From assembly GCA_001244265.2 (NCBI GenBank), contig CDLV01000010.1, forward strand, positions 1,364,001 through 1,428,000: DNA of 64,000 bases, read 5' to 3'. This document shows, one piece after another, positions 54,900 to 64,000 of the stretch (within the stretch, counting starts at the first letter, position 1; the number at the start of each line of letters is the position of its first letter). The notes under the pieces were generated by a model. It saw only the letters and a program-made list of their open reading frames with translations, was not told the origin of the DNA and ran no database searches. The translations under genes and the position numbers were made by a program. This DNA is from Microbotryum violaceum. Lineage: Eukaryota.

Positions 54900-57201
54900 T
54901 GAAAACACGTCAGCCCAGCTGCCTCCCTTGTCACCAATTCGAAAATAACCCGGGCTCACCTCGGCTCCACGATCTCGAATCATGTGCATTCCCACGTTGA
55001 CCAGCTGTGTATGCTGTCGATTGCGACCTCTTGGTAGCCAGTTTCTGACCAACCAAGTAATCGAACACGGCAGGCGCGCAAAGGTCAGATTAGCGTGACG
55101 AAACTGAGAATAGGTGAGCACTGAGGACCAAATGCCAGGGGTTTCGACCGACCCTTGCAACTTGATGAATGTCAAGATTAGTCTTAACAACAAGTAGGAA
55201 CATTTGCGACTGGGCATCGTCTTTCGTTGTCTGTAATCGCGCGAGAGGCTGCTTCCAGTCCATGGAGTTGGCGGTGCCGAACTTCGAGGCAGCGGCCGAG
55301 CGGCGAGTGGGCTCGACGTACTTGGCCCAAAGGTAACTGAAGGAGGGCAGCAAGATGGACGGATGTCAGTATGTTAATGCTCGTCCTAGTTGGATATTTT
55401 GTCGCACTCAGCCAGAAGGCGCAATGGAAAGGTGTCCGAGACAGGTAGTCAATGAAAATAGGTACATACGTCCGAATGCTGAAATTTGGCTCTTTGTCCA
55501 GCTTGGCTCCAAGCCTCTTCCCGAATTTAACAAGGTAGTTTTGCAGACCAATGAAAAATTTAGAGCGGTTGTCCTTATCTTCCTTTTCCCACTCAATAAA
55601 ATATTGTATCTGTGGCGTGCATACTTGTGTTAGCGGGCTTCCCCAGGTCCCCGCGCTCGTCGATATGATCTCCGGCCAGGCACCAATGGATGACATGATC
55701 GTCCGTCAAACATGCTTCGATCGAAGGCCACTCCTTCATCACAAGCAGGGGATCCTTATTGAAGGATATTATATCTTGAATTTGGGGTGGGTAGAAGATG
55801 AATGTAAGCGGGATGCAAAGCATGCAATGGCGAGTTCGGCACAGATACACTCGAAGGTGGCCGAGTGGCAGGTAGTTTCACGTACACGCCCGGCAAATTC
55901 CCTTCGCGCGTCAGCCATAACCTCTGCGATCGCCGCAGAGACCACTTTACGATAACCATCATCGTGTTCGTCTCTGTCACTGTCGATGATTTGATTTGCA
56001 AGCAGGTACTTCTGTAGGTATCGCTTGTCAAACATTCAGACTCGAGGACCAGGGAAACACGAATCTCATGGTTGTGAACTTGAAGCTGACTAACTCTGAG
56101 AGCTCCCGCTGCCCCGCTATAGAAGTCGGTGAGGCGAGGCGTGCTCAGCATGGTCTTGGCATGTGATCTGAACTTTGACTGTGATATAAGGATGAATTTC
56201 ATTGCCAGTTAGCAAACTTTGGCCGATTACAGAGGTAGCGGGGTTTCTACACCCTACAACGAACCTTGAAATCTCTAGCAGTGAGGGCAGCCACAGGTTG
56301 GCGCATTTGATCATGGACCTTGATGAGCATGTTCATCATCATTTCGCCTTGAAGCCGGCGCTCGAGGGGAGCCCTGCTTGTCTTCCAAGCTGTAGTCAAC
56401 AGATCACATGTAAGGCGTTCGCTTGTACGTATAACATAATCGTGCTATACTCACACGAGCATATTCGACCATGTAGTCCGTGCATAGGAGGCCTCGCGAC
56501 TGGAGATCTTGTTTTATGACTGCGCTGGTAAGGGTACCCCCTTCGTCGTCTTCGGACCCGCTGACATCATCACCCTCACGGTTTGATTCAGAGTCGTCGA
56601 GACTCTCGTACGCAGCCGATGTATCTTCAAAGCCATAATCGCTGTCAGAGCCTTTATCGTCGTCATTCTGGGCATAATTTTGCTCACTGTCGTCGAAATG
56701 GTTTGTTCCGCCCGACGAGGGTGACCCATCGCTGCCGAGCTGGTTTTAGGGCAGAAGTAGACACTGATATCAGATCGCATAGTCTCAACACTGGAAGACC
56801 TCCACTCGCTCACAGAAGAAATAGAATCGTTGGTTTCGAATGAAAGGTCGTCATTGTCGGAAGATGATACCCAGCTAAGATCCCCAACACCGATACCTTG
56901 CAGCCGGACTTGTTCTTTGTGCACATTCGTCTTGAAGTGGGCCCGGGCTTGGGCAAGGCTCAGCCGTCGATCCTTATGTCGAGGGCAGACTGCGCAGCAG
57001 TATCCGATGCTCCTGGAAGAATTCGTTATGCTGATGATTGCTTCTGTGGTAGAGAAGGCAGCGAAGGATCGAAGGTTGAGCCACAGTCAGTGCGTCGAAA
57101 ATGCGCGGCGCGTGCGACCACAGGCATCATGACCAACCTGATTTCTCTACAAGATCATCAAAGAAGCGTTGATCCGAATCCAGCCTCTCGGATACTGGCA
57201 T
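54900..57201 (-). pseudogene. Degenerate multi-kb ORF relic, possibly TE-derived, with N-terminal C2H2-like finger
   Basis: YCCAVCPRHKDRRLSLAQARAHFKTNVHKEQV at ~56905-57005, then an acidic tract and fragmented ORFs in several frames; left boundary approximate. Confidence 0.4.
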
Positions 57202-57676
57202 AGTGCGTAAGTAAGTTGTACGCCGCAAGGGTCGATTGGGATGAGTAGCACAAGGCCAAAAGGCGATCGTCTCGCCTGCCAGTACGCGTGTGCGCGGAGG
57301 GCACGCGCTCTAAAAGTAACGCGCTCCTACGCGCAGTCCTGTCACGTCGGCTGACGCGTCGCATGTTCCAATGAGGTACCTGGCCGGCAGATCAACATCT
57401 TCAAATTTTAAAAGCTGGATTGTGTAACGATGAATTTTGCACTGTGGCCATCGGGGAAAACCTCGATGGTCTAGACATCACAAACAAAAACGACGATAAC
57501 TACGCATTGACCGACTACGTCTCACGCTCTCCGACTTCGATATCTTCGATGGCTACGATCACGGGGTTTTGCGCAGACGCAGAGCCAGTCTGCCGGGTGT
57601 CGGAGACCTCGGTGCTCCACTTCTATGACCAGGAACTGAACAGCGTAATGTATCAATTCTAGCTGGAGTGAGTCAC

Positions 57677-59078
57677 TGTCGGTCACGAGCCTTCTGTAAA
57701 GTTCGGCAGCCACTCGGTAGGTCCAAGCTCAAACCTCGGACCGACGGACCGACTTGCCTGACCTCCCTTTCATTTTCCATGCCTTTGACTGACAACCATT
57801 GTGCATCCCTTTGTCATCCTTCCCCATGTATCCTATCTCTCCCTATTGTCTTAGTTCTCCACAAAGAACCCCATTGTCTACCTAGCTCCCTTTCACACCT
57901 CCAGATTCCTTAAATAGCGATTGGTAGCTCTCTTCTCTCTTCTCCTCTCTTCTCATCCTTTTCGGGACCCCCACTCTCTCCTCTTGACAATCGACTGGTT
58001 TTGGGACTGTCCATTCGTCAAGCACTCTGAGAGCACTACCGAGGAACCCGCTTTTGCTTACGCTTACCGCTGAGTAATCTGGGCTCCTTACATCTTTTTT
58101 TGACATCCAAACTGACAAAACCTTTGGATTGCCGAATCTCGTATTCGAAGCAGTACCTTGTGTATTTGCTTTTCCGTGCCAACACTTCGTGTGTCAGCCG
58201 TTCCAGTGCATACGGTCTTGTATTGCCTTCATTAGAAGCTTGTAATCTTCGGATTCAACTTCTGTAACTTTCTCAGGAGAGGGACAGACCCACCCTCCCT
58301 ATCCCTTATTTGTGACAAGACTAGCTAGCTACCTTGCTCACCCGAAAACTTGAAGCGCTGGTCGCCGGAAAGTTTTGAAGATTGCAATCGATATGAGTCC
58401 CATGGACAATGAAGATTTACGCGCAAGAGACGCCCAGACGTCTGATACCGGTGATAAGGGAAAACAGCCTATCATTGAAGTTGTTGACAAGAGTCAGCAA
58501 GGAGAGCAGCCAGACACGATGTCCAAAGCACTCACGATAGACCTTCTCGCACGCATGAGCGAACGCGAAGCCAAGGTCGAAAGCATCATGGCGGACCACA
58601 CCGCCAGGATGGACAAGTGGAGCCAAAAAGTTGGCCCTAGCAAAGAACGCGACGATGATGAACGTGTCAAGCGTCTCGCCGATCAAAAATTGATTGAGCT
58701 GATTCCGTTCCTCAAAGACAATCACCCAGACGCGTACTACGCGTTCCTGAACCGCAACAAAGACGAGAGTGAGGAAGACACCTCCATTCTCGAAACTCCC
58801 ACGAAGGCGGTAAAGCAGATCGTGGAAATGAGCGAGCATCCGGCTGTTCTCGCCGGAATCTCGAATATCGCTGGAGAAATTCCAACGGACTCAGCTTTGC
58901 GACGCCAAGGCTACAACACGCGCGAAACCCGAGGGGAGAAGTCGCACCTAGATACGATCCTCGAGGCGGCCCGAGCTAACAATCCTAGCCCTGAGGATCC
59001 TGACGATGACGGCTCCGATGACGGATCCGAGAAATCGAACGGAAACGCAGGCGCGGACCACCGATGAGGCCTCCCCGG
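57677..59078 (+). mobile_element. Probable 5' part of an LTR retrotransposon (LTR-like ~57677-58317, gag-like ORF 58393-59067), truncated by the next element
   Basis: tgtc...gaca-bounded block with a TATA-like taaata and a CT-rich tract, followed by an intronless ORF. No partner LTR in the window. Confidence 0.45.
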
Positions 59079-60755
59079 TGTAAGGCGCCGCTCCGCTTAC
59101 GCCTCACGACAACCTCAGCGGCCGAAGCCTTACTTGCGCGCGGCGCCACGGGCGCCTCTTGACCTTAGTCCTTTTAGTAGTCTTTCTTCGCCTGCGAATT
59201 ACACCGTTTGATCCTTTCAGTTTGGACTCGGAACCAGTGAGGCTCGAGAACAATCTCGTGCCTTTCATTTTCTTTTTGAAAGAATCAAACGGTGTAATTC
59301 GCATTTTTTGAAACCGACAACTCGGCTGTACGACTCCGTCACCACCCGACGTTAAAGCCCGAACTTCGCAACCGCCCCGGCAACGCATGGTGCAGACCCG
59401 CTCAGCCGCTGCGAAGGAAAAAAACGAACCAGAACTCGAGCCAGCTCGAACCAGAACCCAGAACCAGAACCAGAACCCAGAACCCAGAACCACCAGAACC
59501 AGAACCCGCCCGGCCCCTGCCCCGCCCAGCCCCGCTCCGCCCAGCCCCGCAACACGGCCTCGAGCACCGTGCCCGCCACAGAACCCAGAATCGAACCGGA
59601 ACAGAACAGGAGAATGTTGCTCGACTCCCGCGTTACACCCCTGCACATGGAGACCCCGGCACGAAGAGTCAAGCTCGATATGCCGTTGTTGAAGCGGGTT
59701 CCAAGTCGAAGGAACGTGGCGCGCTGGCTGGCAGGGTGCGAAGATGCGGTCGAATCGGCCGAATGGAACTACGGCAAGATTGCGACCGTACACCTCATTC
59801 GTGAGGCCGGCAGCCGGATGGAGGGGGAAGGAGGGGACTGGTACATTGATTCTCGCGACAAGTTGAAGGCGCTCAAAACGTGGGACGACTTTGCAGCGGA
59901 AGTGAAGGCGCGATTCGTCAGCGAGAAGACCGGCTTGGCGGCGGAGCACGCCTTTTTCAACGCGCAACAGAGCGGGACGTTCAACGAATTCATTGCACTA
60001 TTGGCGCAAGAGCGCAGCCAAGCTGGATTGGCCTCCGACGGCACCCAAGTCATCCCCGATGAACTGTTCAAGCGCCAACTGCTCCACCGATGCGACGAGC
60101 TCCTGTATCTCCGCGCGACCGCCTCCCCCTCGTTTGCGCTTGACAAGTTTTCCGTTAATGCACTTGTGGCATATCTCCAGACGATGTGGGACGCTATCAC
60201 CTTGGAGCGAGCAACAACAGGCATGCGGAGGCTCAACTTACGTCACGAACGCGGTGAACCAACTCAGGCTGTGGGGCCTCGCACACCAAGGTTGGAAGGT
60301 GCAGCAAAGGAGAAGGCAATGTTCGAAGGCCGCTGTTTCGTATGCGACACGGTAGGCCACATCTCCTCAAACTGCCCTTCCAAGCCCAACACTGCATCCC
60401 CTCGTCGCGATCCCCCGGATCTACCCCGGGCCTCGAATGGTAGCCGCAATCCGAGCGTACGAGGACACCGGTGAATCAACCGCCTTTGTAGGCATCTCAA
60501 GCGATTCAGAAGACGACGACGAACGATTGTTTGCGTCAGAACCCGGATAAGGGAATTGATTCAAGGAGGGGTGAGTGTAAGGCGCCGCTCCGCTTACGCC
60601 TCACGACAACCTCAGCGGCCGAAGCCTTACTTGCGCGCGGCGCCACGGGCGCTTCTTGACCTTAGTCCTTTTAGTAGTCTTTCTTCGCCTGCGAATTACA
60701 CCGTTTGATCCTTTCAGTTTGGACTCGGAACCAGTGAGGCTCGAGAGCAATAGTG
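59079..60755 (+). mobile_element. Non-autonomous gag-only LTR retroelement (Ty3/gypsy-like gag), 189-bp LTR
   Basis: 5' LTR 59079-59267 (TG...CA); 3' LTR from 60576 preceded by PPT aaggaggggtgag. Gag has WDDFAAEVKARF and CFVCDTVGHISSNC. No pol. Confidence 0.9.
59387..60474 (+). CDS. Retrotransposon Gag with CCHC knuckle; apparent frameshift in or near the (CCAGAA)n tract
   Basis: ATG 59387 (MVQTRS) is in a different frame from the 59569-60474 gag core; a hexamer repeat at ~59429-59505 lies between them. Confidence 0.75.
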
Positions 60756-60942
60756 AAAGGCACACTATTGCTTTCGAGCCTCACTGGTTCCGAGTCCAAA
60801 CTGAAAGGATCAAACGGTGTAATTCGCAGGCGAAGAAAGACTACTAAAAGGACTAAGGTCAAGAAGCGCCCGTGGCGCCGCGCGCAAGTAAGGCTTCGGC
60901 CGCTGAGGTTGTCGTGAGGCGTAAGCGGAGCGGCGCCTTACA
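60576..60942. repeat. 367-bp palindrome: 180-bp arms (1 mismatch) and 7-nt loop, made of two LTR copies tail-to-tail
   Basis: 60576-60755 is the reverse complement of 60763-60942; 60754-60942 is a complete 189-bp LTR on the minus strand. Confidence 0.98.
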
Positions 60943-63840
60943 GGGCATCGCGCGACAGCCAAACACACCCCTCCATTCAATGTGGTACCAGGTGCGTAGT
61001 GTACCGTCCGAAAGTTTGCGTTTGATTGCTATGCCTTGACGCGCCTGCCAGCGCTTGGACATGATGAGGATTTTGAACGCCGAAGAGACATCGAGCTTCC
61101 AGAGAACCGATGTGTCTGTAAGAAGACCCGATGCAAACCGATGCCAGCGAAGGAGACGGATAAAGTCAATGATGGTATCATAGATTGTCGGGCAATCGGT
61201 TCGTTGGATGCCGTCATTGAGACCGGAGGAGGTGTGGTCTGCCACCACACGCATCCTATGGTTGGTTGACTCGACTACGAAAATCAAGTTGTAGGCGACT
61301 CCCGGGAGAGGAAATGCGCTGCCGGGAGAGACCCATCGTTTCTTGACTTCCTTGTCCACAGTCGTTTGGATGAACTCGTGATGATGCTCGTTCTTAGGAA
61401 ATCTTACAGACGCGGGGTCGTCGCCACGCGCGTTGCTGCCATTGTGCGGTGGTTCAAATCCTTCCGAGCGAAAAGCGGAGAGGAAGGAGTTGACTAAGAT
61501 CGTGTTTGGGTGCTCTGCCAGAAGCTTGCCCAGGTAGAGATTGTTAATCGTCCGAGTGAAGTTGAATTGGGAAGGGTACAATCATTGAGTGTCCTTAATA
61601 ATCGCCAGACGCTCTGGAGTGAAGTAGGCTCGAGGTAGCAGTCCGGGGAGCCTGCCCACGGACGTCGTTGAGGAAAGGAATGGGGTAGTAGGATAATCCT
61701 TCGAGGGTGGATCGAAGTGGAATGACCTTTGGTACTTGGGTGCCAGTCCTAAGCCCGACAGGTGAGATAGAGAAGGGTGGCCGGAGGTCCAGTGTTGTCT
61801 GAGATGACAACCGCAAGCGACGATTCGTCCGGGGCTATTGAATCGTCGCCGTCCTCGAGGTATCTAGCGCCGAGCGGCAGCATCAGCTGCTGCTCCCGTG
61901 GCTGCCACTGCGAGGCGAGCTCCCGATTTGAGCTGTCGATGCGTGCAGAGAGTACTCGAAGCTGCGTGGTTTCCCTTGCAAGCTGAGCAGACATGTCAAT
62001 GATTGCATGCTTCTTCATCATGGAAGTCGCCTCGGTTAAACCTCTTGCAGGGGTTACACTTTTTCTTTCCCGGTAGCGAGCGGGGGTGCGAAGCATTTGA
62101 GGAGCCGTGGTTCGCCGTAGACGACCCCTCGCTTCGAAAGAACCGGTTGCCAGTGAGCCACTTGTTGATCAAGAGCGCGTAGACGCTGTCACCGAGTTTT
62201 GCGTCGAGGAGGGAATGGACCGGCTTTCCTCTATCGGCTAGATCCCGACGGTACTTGTCATCGTACAGGACTACAAAGTCGAATCCGAGATCTGGATCTT
62301 GGGCCAATTCCCTCAAGAAGCGAGTGTAGTGCTGCCAGTCGCGACCTTGATGAGAGTTGAACACGACGCCTTCGAGCTTCTCGAGCTCCATCAAGGCTTC
62401 CGTGTGACCTGCTTGCGTGAGCGTTCTCTTTTTTGACGCTAGCCTTGGATTGAACCATCGCTTCAATTCCGTAGAACTTGTTGTCGGAATGCTGGAACAT
62501 GTAGAACAAGTCGGAAGGTGCTGGGTTATTGGCATCGACCACGCTGACGAATTGACCGGTAAGGACCTTCATGATCTCTATGACGTCCAGTTTCAACCCG
62601 TGGTTCTTCTTGAGTACGGCGGCTTGTCTGTCTAGGCGGTAGACGTGCGCTCGAGGGAGTAGTAAGGCTTCTTTGTACATATCCTCTTTGTCGTGGCAAA
62701 GTGTCACGTAGCCTGGGAGTTCGGAGTAAGCAGTGCTAGGGACTGCTAGAGTCTCCTTGTACATCCTCGCCGCTTTTTCTTGAGCAATGGATGTAGCGGT
62801 CGGAGTCTCCTGGTCCTCATCGTCCTCATCGAGGAGTACACGACCACCTTGCGATAGCGTAGAAGGACGGTACGACACGACAGCGCGCTGGGCTGGAGGG
62901 GGTGCCGGGTTCTTGGACTTCTTCTTAGTCGGTCGCTGAGCAAGGCGATCGGCCGAGCCCTCGAGCTGACGGAGTTGGGTCTCCGCCTCGAGCTGACGGA
63001 GTTGGGTCCCCGCCGGATTCTCAGTCGTTCGTCGCTTTCTTCCTCGTCAGAAGTCACCCACGGATCGGCGTTGCGAGCGGGGCGCTTGCCTTGCATCGAG
63101 ACCGCCGGCGCCGGTGGCGCGTGAGCTGCCCGCGAGGGTGCCGGAGTAGCAGCCACCGTTATGATCCAACCAAGCGGTAAGGAGCACTGCTTGTATAGCA
63201 CATCGTCCCCCTCAGGCAAGGCATCGAGGGGTACTTCACCTTCGATGAAGAGGTTGAAGCGTACGATGGGACGGCCGTCCTGATCCGAATCGAGCTCGGC
63301 GAGCGTAAAGACTGGCAAGTCACCTAGGCCGCGGATTGACGTAACGCGTCGTTCTAGATCACCATCTTGTCCGGGCCGCTCGTCGCGTCCGGTGTCACTT
63401 CGGCCGTCTTGAGCCGCCTGGGAGGATAAGGCGCCTGTCGACGTCTGACGCCGGAGGCGGTAGGATTGAAGACCCTTCGTCCAATAGCGCGCTCCGTATG
63501 CAGCGATGTAGTCGGCAGGGCGAGCGGAACCTAGAGCGTGCGAAATGACCGGATGCATTTGCGCTTCCTCGAGTGTTTCGATACTGATCGGGGTACCTCG
63601 AGGAATTTTCTCGACTTGCGGCTCCCAGAAGTTAAGGGCGGCAGGATCGAGCGCCATGCGTTCTAGCTCGGTTTTGAGGATCAATATATCGGTGTCCGTC
63701 AGGAGTCCGCCATCCGCCTCCGCCCATGCCTCCGCAACCTTAACAGGCGCCTTCTCGGTGAAGTTTCCCGAGGTAGGGATCGGATACGAGGAGTCCCAGG
63801 CGGGAGGCTCGTAAGGATCGGCAAAGGGGTCGACCGTCAT
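60943..63840 (-). mobile_element. Truncated tyrosine-recombinase (DIRS/Ngaro-type) retrotransposon: gag-like ORF1 and N-terminal RT
   Basis: ORF1 fragments with LYDDKYRR and CKRFNRG...CNH*HVCSACKGNH. RT reads RMRVVADHTSSGLNDGI, LWKLDVSSAFKIL, WQARQGI, GVFGCRAMP and is cut at 60943 before YxDD. RH and YR are not in the window, so the class is assigned from RT/gag style. Confidence 0.75.
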
Positions 63841-64000
63841 GATTATGATGGGTCGAGGCGAAGCGCAGCGGAGGTACGACCTAATATAGACTAAGATAGA
63901 ACGACTATGCTTGTAAAGCGCGATTCTATTAGTACTCGGAATACTGAAAAGACTCTGAGGACTATGGCATACCTATGCTTGTAAAGCGTGTCGCTTGGAG

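Overview
Intron-rich fungal genomic DNA, most likely a basidiomycete of Microbotryomycetes type (inferred from gene and TE style only). All annotation, alignment and counting was done by eye. The housekeeping backbone has about 18 genes: a Djp1/Caj1-like DnaJ, RRP36, PRP43, PCM1/AGM1, two complex I accessory subunits, ZPR1, RNR2, a PP2C, LSM5, RIO2, WDR5/SWD3, an SDR, IST3/RBMX2, a P-loop kinase, a sugar O-acetyltransferase, LEU1 and one hypothetical. Three accessory zones interrupt it. (1) 4.0-13.2 kb: a long hairpin locus, a recent but frame-broken Ty1/copia element (243-bp LTRs, CTTCC target-site duplication), and adjacent inverted duplications carrying four ~80-aa hydrophobic/coiled-coil microprotein genes plus a copy of the PRP43 promoter and start. 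(2) 20-26 kb: hAT-like ends around a secreted pepsin-fold protein whose two catalytic motifs are both altered, followed by another inverted duplication. (3) 54-64 kb: a TE nest with a gag-only LTR element whose 3' LTR is fused to an inverted LTR (367-bp near-perfect palindrome), abutting a truncated DIRS/Ngaro-type element. The best candidate for an undescribed system is the microprotein cluster at 10.3-12.7 kb, where exons are more diverged than the intron.
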